Position numbers and translations under genes: made by a program
From: an uncultured Candidatus Saccharibacteria bacterium
Lineage (GTDB): Bacteria; Patescibacteriota; Saccharimonadia; Saccharimonadales; 2-12-FULL-41-12
Assembly (NCBI GenBank): GCA_947085855.1
Contig: CAMTYB010000001.1
Span: 564,427-628,426, forward strand
DNA length: 64,000 nt
Reading direction: 5' to 3'
The notes under the pieces: generated by a model
Seen by the model: the letters and a program-made list of their open reading frames with translations, nothing else
What the model was told of the DNA's origin: nothing
The model's database searches: none
Shown: piece after piece, positions 55,217 to 64,000 of the stretch
How the letters are laid out: each line of letters begins with the position of its first letter
How positions within the stretch are numbered: position 1 is the first letter of the stretch

Positions 55217-58200
55217 ATGCTCAAGAAAAGGTTGCAATTTAGCCGAACGGCTGCGCTGATTGTCGTGCTTTGTATGGGGACGTCTGGTGCCTATGCTCTT
55301 ATTTCTTCGCGAGCTGCCTCCGCACCTTCTGGTGCGATAAAAATTACCACCTATGCTTGGGATGGCCAGCCAGTTGCTATTGGCAATGTGCGCGTTGTGG
55401 TTGAAACAGTTGGCGGCTCACAACGTTGCGACAGTAACGATGGCGTAACGAATGCTGCTGGTGATAATTCAGTGACACTGACCGACTGCAAAGTTGCTAA
55501 TAACGGCAGTCAAAAGATGTACCGGCTCGTTGATGCTCAGCGAGAGGGCTATAGTTTCCGCAGTCTGCACATGAACAATGGCGATATGGCGATTGGGGAC
55601 AACAATAGCTTCCCAGTACGCAAAGGTGTTACCACCTCGTTGTCGGTGTATATGAATCCGCCACCGACGTTTAATCCTCCGCCAGCTGCACCAGATCCAA
55701 CTCCCGCTACTAAGCACAAGGGTTCGGTCAAAATCACCTCATATGCGTTCGTCAGTGAAAGTAGCCAGGTTGGCATCGGTAACGTTAAGATGACGGTAAC
55801 TGCTGTAGATGGCCCAGAAAAATGTACTGCTAACACAGGCACTACTAATGCCGCAGGTGACAACTCTGTTACACTCGAGGGCTGTGAAGTTGCCGATAGC
55901 GGTGGTCCTAAGACATATGAAATTAAAGCAGAACGAGATGGCTATACGCAGCGCAGCGTTCGTATAGTCGAGGGCACCAATAAAACGGCTGCTGACAATA
56001 ATCGCTTTACTATTAAGAAAGACGAAATTACTAATCTGCACGTATGGATGACGCCACCGCCGAATTTTGAGCCACCGGCTGTTGGTGGCACAGGTGGGCC
56101 GGGTGGCGGTGCTGGAGGTGGCGCAGGCGCAAAGAATGGCCATCTAGAAGTCACAAGTTACACGTATGAGTCTGACAGCAAGCAGACTCGTCAAGCTAAT
56201 GTAAAAGTCAAAGTTAATTCTATAGGTTCTAACGGTGATAAGGCACAGACCTGTGACGATACCGAGAGGACAACTGATGCCAATGGCGGTTCATCGCAAG
56301 CCAATGCAAATTATGCTCAAGCCAACTTCTTAAACTGCTGGACTGGTCCCGACGGTAAGAGGCAGTACCAGTTATCGGCTGTTGAAGCTCCGTCTGGGTA
56401 TGCCTTTAGAAGCTTACATGTGATTAGTGGCGGTACGTTTGTGAGCGGTGGCAAAAGCTCACAGCGAGTAGACGAACCGTTCTTGCTGACTGCCGAAAAG
56501 GTGAGTTTGGCTGTGTGGCTTACGAAGCTTGAGCAAGCACCATCGCTTGCTACTATTCAGAACAGTATTACGGACCCAACCGTAGCGGCTCAGGTTGCCA
56601 ACATAGTTGCCAGTTTGCCGCCTAACGCGGGAGCAGGCGCAGTGCATCAAGTGGCTACCAAATCTGGCATTGTCTATGTACCAGCCAAGAATAATGAAGC
56701 TTCTAAGGCTTTGGCCTTGTTAATGAATAGTCTTATCAATGCCGATCAGCTCAGCCCGACCTTTGCCCAGCCTAAGACCCCAGAAGACGATGATCCACTT
56801 GAAGAAGAGGGAGAAGATGGCGATACCGCTGAGGGTGATGAGGCAGAAGGCGAAGAAGAGGCTGAGCCAACACCACCGACAGCTCCGAGCAATCTCAAGG
56901 CCGAGCAAGATTCGGCAGGTTCGATAGTGCTTGTCTGGGATGCAGCTAACGGAAATCCAAATGGTGAAGCAGTAAGTTATGATGTCGAACGACTTGATGC
57001 AAATAGTACCGATGGTGGCGAGCTAGAGACTGTCACCGAAACACGCTGGAAAGATCAAGAAGAGATCAAGTATCCGCAAGAATATACCTACCGAGTCTAC
57101 GCCAAAGACGACGAGGACAATGCATCTGAAGCCGCAATAGTTACCTTTACTACAACACCACTGGTTACGAATGTGCCTGGCCCAGCAGCCGATGCTGCCA
57201 CGCCACAAGGCGGCGAAGAATCGGGCAGCCAAAATCAAGCTGCGGCGCCACCGACTGTCATCACGAATCCAAACAATGGTGCAGTATCAGTCAACATGCC
57301 GGCAGGGGCGGTCTCACAACCAGCTGCTTGTGCTGTTGGAGAGGCAAACGGTGACGACTCAAGCCTAGAAGGTCTGGGGGAGATTGTCGTGTCACCTCAA
57401 GAGGTTGCTTGTCGCGCACAAAATGGTGATGAAATTGAAGAGTTTGAAACCGAGGTTGAGACAGACGTTGAAATTGATGAAGAAGAAATTGATGGCGATG
57501 ACGAACTCGACCTATATGCCTTTGATGGTACTGACTGGGTAGAAGTACCAACCAGCGATGACGAAGATGGTGAAGAACGACCAGAAGACAGCACTGCCGA
57601 TTACACCAGTGCCAAGCTCGTTAAAGGCGAGAAAGGCAAAAAGAAAGCCAAGTACACTGTTAAGTCTAAGAAGCCGACCAAGTTAGCAGTCATGAAGAAG
57701 AAACAGGAAAAAGGTGGCTTCAACCCAATATTTGTCATCCCGCCGATCATTTTGCTGGGAAGCGGTGTCGCCTTTATCCTCTATCGAAAGCAGCTTATCT
57801 TTAGCTCTGCCAAGTCGTATCCTAATGGCGATGTCGATCTAATGCTGACGCCACGAGCTCCAGAGATCACCCCAGTAGCTCCAGGTCAGCCAGAAGAAAT
57901 AATTGCTATGCCAACAGCAGAACTGCCCCAAACCGAGCCACTTCCAGATATAGAACCACCCGCGACTCCTCAGGAAACTCCGCTGGCACCAGTGGAAGCA
58001 GATATTCCCGAGGTCTCCCCAGAACCAGAAGTTGCACCAATTGAAGCTAAAGAGCCGGTAGCGTTTGCTCAACCTGTCGAAGCTAATCTCATTCAACCGG
58101 TTCCATCGGAGTCCGCACCACAACCTCTACAAGAGGTTCCTGTCGATGAAGTCACAGAATCACAGAAGTTATTGACTGTAGATGATCTGCCAACCGATTA

Positions 58201-58273
58201 CTCAGGACTAGAGCCGGAACAGATTGTGCGGCCAACTAAAACGCCAAAAGATGGAGGCGGTGCATCATCATGA
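55217..58273 (+). CDS. Large surface protein: three related beta-rich repeats, an FN3 domain, acidic linkers, a TM and a Pro/Glu-rich tail
   Basis: Repeats G.(I/V).IT.Y..GNV...C....TNAAGDNSVTL..C; PTAPSNL..LVWD..YTYRVYA.D..N.S (FN3). Confidence 0.8.
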   Translation: MLKKRLQFSRTAALIVVLCMGTSGAYALISSRAASAPSGAIKITTYAWDGQPVAIGNVRVVVETVGGSQRCDSNDGVTNAAGDNSVTLTDCKVANNGSQKMYRLVDAQREGYSFRSLHMNNGDMAIGDNNSFPVRKGVTTSLSVYMNPPPTFNPPPAAPDPTPATKHKGSVKITSYAFVSESSQVGIGNVKMTVTAVDGPEKCTANTGTTNAAGDNSVTLEGCEVADSGGPKTYEIKAERDGYTQRSVRIVEGTNKTAADNNRFTIKKDEITNLHVWMTPPPNFEPPAVGGTGGPGGGAGGGAGAKNGHLEVTSYTYESDSKQTRQANVKVKVNSIGSNGDKAQTCDDTERTTDANGGSSQANANYAQANFLNCWTGPDGKRQYQLSAVEAPSGYAFRSLHVISGGTFVSGGKSSQRVDEPFLLTAEKVSLAVWLTKLEQAPSLATIQNSITDPTVAAQVANIVASLPPNAGAGAVHQVATKSGIVYVPAKNNEASKALALLMNSLINADQLSPTFAQPKTPEDDDPLEEEGEDGDTAEGDEAEGEEEAEPTPPTAPSNLKAEQDSAGSIVLVWDAANGNPNGEAVSYDVERLDANSTDGGELETVTETRWKDQEEIKYPQEYTYRVYAKDDEDNASEAAIVTFTTTPLVTNVPGPAADAATPQGGEESGSQNQAAAPPTVITNPNNGAVSVNMPAGAVSQPAACAVGEANGDDSSLEGLGEIVVSPQEVACRAQNGDEIEEFETEVETDVEIDEEEIDGDDELDLYAFDGTDWVEVPTSDDEDGEERPEDSTADYTSAKLVKGEKGKKKAKYTVKSKKPTKLAVMKKKQEKGGFNPIFVIPPIILLGSGVAFILYRKQLIFSSAKSYPNGDVDLMLTPRAPEITPVAPGQPEEIIAMPTAELPQTEPLPDIEPPATPQETPLAPVEADIPEVSPEPEVAPIEAKEPVAFAQPVEANLIQPVPSESAPQPLQEVPVDEVTESQKLLTVDDLPTDYSGLEPEQIVRPTKTPKDGGGASS

Positions 58274-58899
58274 AACGATCACGTACATTATTACTAGCTA
58301 TTGGAGCAGCCTGCTTGGTAGTTGTGACTGCAGCTGTGCTAAAGGTTGGCTTGCCTGCTTTTGCTCAACAGCCCGAGGCAGCAGTTGAAAAGTCGAGCAC
58401 TTGTGAAATGCGAGTGACAATTCTTAACAATCGCAGTCGACTACTGACGTCGTACCAGAAGACAGAAAGCCAAAAGTACCAGAAAGAGCGTGACAAATGG
58501 GCTAAGCGAATTGCCTACGCTGGTCGCTGGATACCACAAGAAGCAGAAACAGTGCGTGGCAAATTGTACTATCAAGACACGCTTTATCGCAATCTAGATA
58601 ACGAGCTCACGAAGCAAATCGAACAGTACAAGAGCCTAGAAACTCAGCCGCTTGATTGTTCGCCCGAGAAGCGACCTGAATTAGTGGCCAAACTCAAAGA
58701 AGTTAATGGCGTCCAAGACAAAAAGATTGTTGGTGGCCAAGCGCTTATTGAAAAACTTAAGCGCCAGCAAACAAGCTATAGTAATGGTGAATTTGAACAA
58801 GTTACTAAGGATATGATGAAACATTTACACGAGCAAAAAGAGAAGGCCCCTTATAACAAGAACAAAGATATAGAAGTTACTGCCTACTCAAAGCAGTAA
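58270..58899 (+). CDS. Secreted helical protein (paralog of 58910-59677)
   Basis: Signal peptide; CEMRVTILNNR motif. Confidence 0.7.
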   Translation: MKRSRTLLLAIGAACLVVVTAAVLKVGLPAFAQQPEAAVEKSSTCEMRVTILNNRSRLLTSYQKTESQKYQKERDKWAKRIAYAGRWIPQEAETVRGKLYYQDTLYRNLDNELTKQIEQYKSLETQPLDCSPEKRPELVAKLKEVNGVQDKKIVGGQALIEKLKRQQTSYSNGEFEQVTKDMMKHLHEQKEKAPYNKNKDIEVTAYSKQ

Positions 58900-58909
58900 C
58901 CAAGCTTAC

Positions 58910-59677
58910 CTAGGAGGCCGGTGTTGCTGCAGCTGGCTCTAGGGGCTCCACTGGTTCTTCTACATTTGAATCTTCGGATAAGAATTCTTCATTATCAAAC
59001 ACGTCATCAGCTTCTTCGTCTATCTCCAGGTCTTCAGGCGCAAGAGAGCCTTCTACTTCAGTTGGTGATGCTAGGGCAACTTGCGTAATTGTGCCACGAT
59101 CACTAGCTAGTTTTGTACGAGCCTCACGCATGGCGAGGATGGCTGGACGAACCTTGCTCTTATAGATACCAGTTACGGCTGTGGCTTTTTGCTTCAGCAC
59201 CTTTGCGTCGTTAGTACGGGCTTTGATTTTGTCGCGGGCGGCGCCCCGTCCAGGTGCCGTGTCGCAGTTTGCCTTAAAGTGTTTATAGGTCTTGATTTGA
59301 CTGTTGCGTTCAGCAATGTAGGCACGTTTAGTTGTGTTGTAAGTCTTCGTAGCTTCCTTGAATTGGTTGATATCGCCATTGAGCTCATTAACTTGAGGTA
59401 CGAGTCGCGGTTCGTTGGCATATTTGGCAGCGTACTTTTTGTTAACAGAAATTTTGTTTTTCCAGCCAGTGTTGGCCTTTTTGTAACGTTGCTGCAAAGA
59501 CTTGCTCTTTTTAGCCATACTTTTGCCCCGGTTATTGATAATCTTGACTCGGCGTTCACACTTAGCCTTTGGTGATAGGGCGGCTTCAACTTGTGTAGGA
59601 ACAATAAACATTGCTAGCATTGAGATGGCTCCAAAAGCAAAAGCCATCAGAATAGGGAGAATTTTGATATGTCTCAT
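58910..59677 (-). CDS. Secreted basic helical protein with an acidic tail (paralog of 58270-58899)
   Basis: Signal peptide; CERRVKIINNR motif. Confidence 0.7.
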   Translation of the reverse strand: MRHIKILPILMAFAFGAISMLAMFIVPTQVEAALSPKAKCERRVKIINNRGKSMAKKSKSLQQRYKKANTGWKNKISVNKKYAAKYANEPRLVPQVNELNGDINQFKEATKTYNTTKRAYIAERNSQIKTYKHFKANCDTAPGRGAARDKIKARTNDAKVLKQKATAVTGIYKSKVRPAILAMREARTKLASDRGTITQVALASPTEVEGSLAPEDLEIDEEADDVFDNEEFLSEDSNVEEPVEPLEPAAATPAS

Positions 59678-59913
59678 TCTGAATCTCCAGTATCGTCGGT
59701 ATTATTTTCTGAGTCGTCGCCATTAGCGGCTGTCGGATCTTCATCTTCGTCGATGTCTGAAGGGACATCTTCGGCTTCTGTGGCAACCGAGCCGTCTTTG
59801 GTTTGCTGACTATAGACATAGTAGCCGGCACCACCGACAGCAAACAGGGCGATAATGACTACAATCAAGAAGTGGGCAACGCCTTCTTGGGCTAGTCGTA
59901 GATTTTTTTGCAT
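59674..59913 (-). CDS. Small pilin-like protein with an acidic tail
   Basis: MQKNLRLAQEGVAH, hydrophobic helix, D/E-rich tail; AAGGA RBS. Confidence 0.65.
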   Translation of the reverse strand: MQKNLRLAQEGVAHFLIVVIIALFAVGGAGYYVYSQQTKDGSVATEAEDVPSDIDEDEDPTAANGDDSENNTDDTGDSE

Positions 59914-60013
59914 TTTTATTTCCTTTAGTTTAATGGCATGGTACCATAGGTGTAACCATAATCGCAAACAAAAATAAGTCGCCTGCCAAACAGAGGTGAC
60001 ACGACGGTTATCG

Positions 60014-60041
60014 TTGACAAAACATAAAAAATGTGTATAAT
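60014..60041 (+). promoter_or_regulatory. Consensus sigma-70 promoter
   Basis: TTGACA-16 bp-TG/TATAAT. Confidence 0.7.
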
Positions 60042-60111
60042 ATTAGTTGTTAGTCGACTAAAATAAACACACCAAACACAAAAAAACAAAACAAAAAGGA
60101 GCAGAAATCTT

Positions 60112-60198
60112 ATGGCCTCACTGGTCTACGAATTCAGCAAAACCGCAGATAAGAATGTCCTAAAACTGGATAATGTCATCAAGAAATTGATAGCATAA
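60112..60198 (+). CDS. Stand-alone 28-aa peptide MASLVYEFSKTADKNVLKLDNVIKKLIA
   Basis: Has its own consensus promoter, A/C-rich leader, AAGGAG RBS and downstream terminator. Confidence 0.65.
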   Translation: MASLVYEFSKTADKNVLKLDNVIKKLIA

Positions 60199-60221
60199 AC
60201 AATTAAACCTGCAGGTTACAA

Positions 60222-60249
60222 AAATACCCCTGTTTGCGCAGGGGTATTT
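60222..60249. terminator. Bidirectional intrinsic terminator
   Basis: AAATACCCCTG-N6-CAGGGGTATTT between convergent genes. Confidence 0.8.
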
Positions 60250-60270
60250 GTATTTGAGAACGATAGTAGC

Positions 60271-61704
60271 TTAGTCGATATGAATAGCTTCTGAGTCGTG
60301 CTTTTCGCCTTTTGTATGCTTGATAGCGATGGCAGCGATAATCGAAGCAGCTAGGGTAAAGAACGATGCCACAATGAAGGCGTCATGATATCCAGCAACC
60401 TGGGCGTGCTCTGGGCTAGCCGCTCCTTGCAGGGTTGCGTCCTTTACTGACGCTGCATAAACACCAGACAGAATAGCTAGTCCGAGTGAGCCACCAATCT
60501 GCTGCGAAGTATTCAAGATGCCCGATGCTAAGCCTGACAGATGCTTTGGTACGCCTGAGGTTGCGGCGATAGTAACTGAGACGAATGAAAAGCCGAGACC
60601 GAGTGCTAACACTATCAAACCAGGCAATACATCAGTCCAATAATCGCCACCGACTTCCATGCGACTAAACAGCAGCATGCCAGCTGTGATAAAGAGTGGC
60701 GCAATCACCATTGGGGTTTTGTAGCCAATTTTACTAACGAGATTCGAAACAATACCCGAGGCTATACCGATCACAATGGTAACCGGCAAAAATGCCAGAC
60801 CAGTCATAATTGGTGAGTAGTTAAGAATCTCTTGAACGTATAGCGATAAGAAGAAGAACATGGCAAACATACCGGCTGTAATGGGTAGTTGCGTTAAGTT
60901 AGCACCAGTCAGGTTGCGAATTTTGAAGATGGATAGCGGCATAAGAGGCTGCTTAGATCGAGCCTCGTTAAAGACGAAAGCTGTCAGTAATACAAGCGCT
61001 GTGCCTACAAAACCAATCGTGTTGCCATCAAGCCAGCCGTATTCAGGAGCCTTAACCAGGCCGTAGACTAAGAGCATGAGACCGCTGGTGGCCAGTACGG
61101 CGCCAGGCAAATCGAGGTGTTTGTGCTCTAAATCGGCTTTACTTTCGGGGATAATCCTCGGCACAAAATAGGCAACAGCAAGGCCAATTGGCACATTGAC
61201 GAAGAAATCCCAGCGCCAGCCAAACCATTCAGTTAACATGCCACCAAATAATAGACCAGCTGCGGCTCCACCGGCAGCAACGCCGCCCCAGACACCGAGG
61301 GCTTTGTTCCGTTCCTTACCTTCTTTAAAAGTATTTATAACAATTGATAGGGCGGCCGGAGACATGAAGGCAGCTGCTAAGCCCTGGATAGCTCGGACCA
61401 TAATCAACATAGTATCGCTCTGGCTGAGGCCTGCTAGAAACGAGGCAGCTGTAAAAGCTAATAAACCGCCCAAGAAAACGCGACGACGGCCAAATAGGTC
61501 AGCCGTTCGTCCACCAAGTAGTAAGAAGCCACCAAAGGCAAGGGTGTAGGCAGTGATGACCCATTGGAGATTTTCTGGACTAAAATTAAGATCTTCACTG
61601 ATTGCAGGCAGGGCAATATTAACAATTGACGTGTCAAGCACGGCAATAAACTGTGCCAACGCCAACAGAATCAGAATTTTAGTTTTACTGACGGTTTTTT
61701 TCAC
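60271..61704 (-). CDS. DHA2-family MFS efflux transporter
   Basis: LDTSIVNIALP, GGRTADLFGRRR and WRWDFFVNVPIG motifs; 14 TM. Confidence 0.93.
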   Translation of the reverse strand: MKKTVSKTKILILLALAQFIAVLDTSIVNIALPAISEDLNFSPENLQWVITAYTLAFGGFLLLGGRTADLFGRRRVFLGGLLAFTAASFLAGLSQSDTMLIMVRAIQGLAAAFMSPAALSIVINTFKEGKERNKALGVWGGVAAGGAAAGLLFGGMLTEWFGWRWDFFVNVPIGLAVAYFVPRIIPESKADLEHKHLDLPGAVLATSGLMLLVYGLVKAPEYGWLDGNTIGFVGTALVLLTAFVFNEARSKQPLMPLSIFKIRNLTGANLTQLPITAGMFAMFFFLSLYVQEILNYSPIMTGLAFLPVTIVIGIASGIVSNLVSKIGYKTPMVIAPLFITAGMLLFSRMEVGGDYWTDVLPGLIVLALGLGFSFVSVTIAATSGVPKHLSGLASGILNTSQQIGGSLGLAILSGVYAASVKDATLQGAASPEHAQVAGYHDAFIVASFFTLAASIIAAIAIKHTKGEKHDSEAIHID

Positions 61705-61760
61705 AAAAAATCCTTATTTTATTACATGTATAAATATTCTTAACCCCAGTGTATTTCAAT

Positions 61761-61797
61761 ATACTTGACTTTGTCAAGCATTGACGTTGTCAAGTAT
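61761..61797. promoter_or_regulatory. Probable MarR operators
   Basis: Two tandem TTGAC-N3-GTCAA palindromes (61765-61777, 61781-61793) between divergent MFS and marR. Confidence 0.7.
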
Positions 61798-61829
61798 TTA
61801 TAAAAACGGGTATACTATAAGTTACAGTT

Positions 61830-62255
61830 ATGAACGCAGTTACATCCACAAAGGACACTACTATATACCGACAGCTTATTGCTCTTATGATGCGGGCTAA
61901 GCGTCATATGTTCATTGCTTGCGAATCAGGGCAGCTGACGCCAGTGCAAGGCATGTTGTTGGTGGTGCTCGAAGAATCAGACTCAAAGACTATGAACGAG
62001 CTTTCTAACATGATGGGTTGCGACGCTTCAAACATTACCGGTCTCATTGATCGCCTAGAGGCGAACGGTTATATCGAGCGCACCGCAGATGCTGCTGATC
62101 GTCGTGTCAAAAAAATTAAACTATCTAAAAAGGGCTGCGACTGTCGCTGCTCACTCTTGAATACGCTGGCTGAAGCCGAATCGGTCGACATGAGCCGACT
62201 ATCAAAAGAAGAAATCGAAACACTCAAGAAGATCTTTAGTAAATTGAGCACCTAA
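61830..62255 (+). CDS. MarR-family regulator
   Basis: ASNITGLIDRLE..GYIER..DRR motif. Confidence 0.92.
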   Translation: MNAVTSTKDTTIYRQLIALMMRAKRHMFIACESGQLTPVQGMLLVVLEESDSKTMNELSNMMGCDASNITGLIDRLEANGYIERTADAADRRVKKIKLSKKGCDCRCSLLNTLAEAESVDMSRLSKEEIETLKKIFSKLST

Positions 62256-62258
62256 GTT

Positions 62259-62666
62259 ATGCCTCGCTTTCACTTCGGCAAATTAGTACGTGATAAGATC
62301 GTTGAACAGCAGTTGGCGTCCGGTTTCAAGCCAGATTTCCGGAAACTGACCGATAAAGAGCACGTTGTGGCTTTGCGGGATAAACTAAAAGAAGAGGCCA
62401 TAGAAGCGGCCCAGAGCGGTCATGAAGAATTGATCCACGAGCTAGCTGACGTTCAGCAAGTCATCGATGACTTACTGCATAAAATTGGTAGTACCAAGGA
62501 TGAGCTTATGCAGATTCAACAACAGAAAAATGCCAAACGAGGTGGTTTTGGACAAGGTTTATATGTAGAAGCGGTTGAAGTGACAGAAGATGATCCGTGG
62601 ACCGAACATTTCAGAAATCGTCCGGAGAATTATCCGGAAATTCATGAAGAATCGATAGATTCATAA
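62259..62666 (+). CDS. MazG-like/PRA-PH nucleoside triphosphate pyrophosphohydrolase
   Basis: KLVRDKI, KLKEE..E, ELADV and KRGGF motifs. Confidence 0.85.
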   Translation: MPRFHFGKLVRDKIVEQQLASGFKPDFRKLTDKEHVVALRDKLKEEAIEAAQSGHEELIHELADVQQVIDDLLHKIGSTKDELMQIQQQKNAKRGGFGQGLYVEAVEVTEDDPWTEHFRNRPENYPEIHEESIDS

Positions 62667-62773
62667 AACCACTATCTGGTCGCAGACTGTTAGCATATAA
62701 TTAATGTAGTATGGCGCAGTGTCAGGCAAACATTCTCAAGATCAATTCAGCACATTGTGGTTAGAGGGCGACC

Positions 62774-64000
62774 ATGATTGAGCTGCTATTTATTCTGATT
62801 TCTATTTTATTGGTTGTGGCGTGTGGAATTTTTGTGGCTGCCGAATTTGCTTTTGTAACAGTTGACCGCAATCGGATAGATAAGCTAGCCGGTAAGGGTG
62901 ATGTGCGGGCCGCTGGTGTTCAGTCGGCATTGCGATCATTGTCGACTCAACTGTCTGGTGCCCAAATAGGTATCACCATTACCAATTTGCTTATTGGTTT
63001 CTTGGCCGAACCGGCTGTAGCCAAGCTGTTGCGTGGTCCGCTGGAATCAATTGGCGTAAGCGGAGCTGCCGTATCGGCAATTGCGATCGTGCTTGCCATA
63101 ACCGTGGCTACTCTAGTGACCATGTTATTTGGCGAACTCGTGCCAAAAAATCTGGCAATTGCCAAGCCTGTCGAAACAGCTCGTTTTGTCCAAGGGCCAC
63201 AGCGATTTTTTACCTATGCTATGCGCTACCCCATCGCCTTTATGAACGGCACGGCCAACAGAATTATCCGCCGCTTTAATATTGAGCCGCAAGAAGAATT
63301 AGCATCGGCCCGTTCCAGCGAAGAACTGCTGTCGGTCGTTAAGCATTCGGCACGTCGTGGTACGTTGGCGCAAGACACGGCTATCTTGGTAGAGCGATCT
63401 TTGGAATTCAGTGAGCGCCATGCTTCTGACGTCATGACGCCGCGGGTTAAGCTCGAAGTTGTTTCGGCCAGCAGTCCATCTAGTGCTGTCATCCAGTCTG
63501 TTAAAAAGACGGGCTATTCGCGGTTCCCGGTCATTAAAGATTCAATCGATAACATTGTTGGCATAGTGCATATTAAGCAAGCGGTAGCGGTACCGTTTGA
63601 CCAGCGGGATGTGGTTGCTATCAAATCAATCATGCAGCCGGTGACTTTTGTGCCATCAAGCATTGAACTTGATACGCTCATCGAAAAAATGCGCGATGAA
63701 AAAACCGAAGCTGTCATTGCCATTGATGAGTTTGGCGGTATTGATGGCCTGGTTACCCTAGAAGATTTGATAGAAGAACTAGTGGGTGAAGTTAAGGACG
63801 AGCATGATGAAGCCGGCATTGCCATTACGCATATCCGTAAAGACGTTTGGTCAGTATCTGGCCTCTTGCGTCCAGATGAAATTGGTATGGTAACTGGCCT
63901 TGTTATACCCGAAGATGAAGAATTTGAAACCATTGGTGGTTTGGTGTTTGACCAACTTGAAAAAGTACCGAGCGTTGGTGATCAAGTGGTAATTGACGGC
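62774..64000 (+). CDS. Hemolysin-family CNNM/CBS-domain protein (runs off the window edge)
   Basis: Translated by hand: FVAAEFA, LSGAQIGITI, FGELVPKNLAI, VMTPR, GYSRFPV, DEFGG..GLVTLEDLIEELVGE. Confidence 0.92.
   Translation, partial: MIELLFILISILLVVACGIFVAAEFAFVTVDRNRIDKLAGKGDVRAAGVQSALRSLSTQLSGAQIGITITNLLIGFLAEPAVAKLLRGPLESIGVSGAAVSAIAIVLAITVATLVTMLFGELVPKNLAIAKPVETARFVQGPQRFFTYAMRYPIAFMNGTANRIIRRFNIEPQEELASARSSEELLSVVKHSARRGTLAQDTAILVERSLEFSERHASDVMTPRVKLEVVSASSPSSAVIQSVKKTGYSRFPVIKDSIDNIVGIVHIKQAVAVPFDQRDVVAIKSIMQPVTFVPSSIELDTLIEKMRDEKTEAVIAIDEFGGIDGLVTLEDLIEELVGEVKDEHDEAGIAITHIRKDVWSVSGLLRPDEIGMVTGLVIPEDEEFETIGGLVFDQLEKVPSVGDQVVIDG

Noticed and set aside
62947-63933. Three minus-strand ORFs at the window end
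   Set aside because: They are antisense shadows of the plus-strand hemolysin/CBS gene that runs off the window

Overview
Bacterial chromosome segment (code 11) that looks like a Patescibacteria/CPR genome, most likely Saccharibacteria. This is inferred from the comEC-lamin-tail-Cys-repeat operon, G-x-A-H pilin-like N-termini, many short orphans and frequent apparently leaderless genes. Host backbone: crtI and a lycopene elongase, dus, tRNA-Ile2, an HNH-ComEC-LTD DNA-uptake cluster, an FMN-bind/ApbE/RnfD-FNR flavinylation module, a divergent sigma-70, a two-component system, a DEAD-box helicase, an ABC exporter, a GH10 xylanase, secreted/surface proteins, MFS/MarR and a hemolysin. An AT-richer island of about 16 kb (~34.9-51.1 kb) abuts tRNA-fMet. 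It carries a SIR2-like protein, a LexA-like repressor, a translationally coupled ParB-methylase / small terminase / large terminase module with no recognisable portal, capsid or tail gene, a CsoR-controlled copper cassette, and a large serine recombinase. Features missing from the ORF track and read directly from the sequence: a SAM-I-clan riboswitch in front of an orphan gene, a His-rich leader-peptide attenuator in front of an M14-type hydrolase, several small ORFs, operators, and tRNA-like recombination scars. All family calls come from motif recognition, not database searches.
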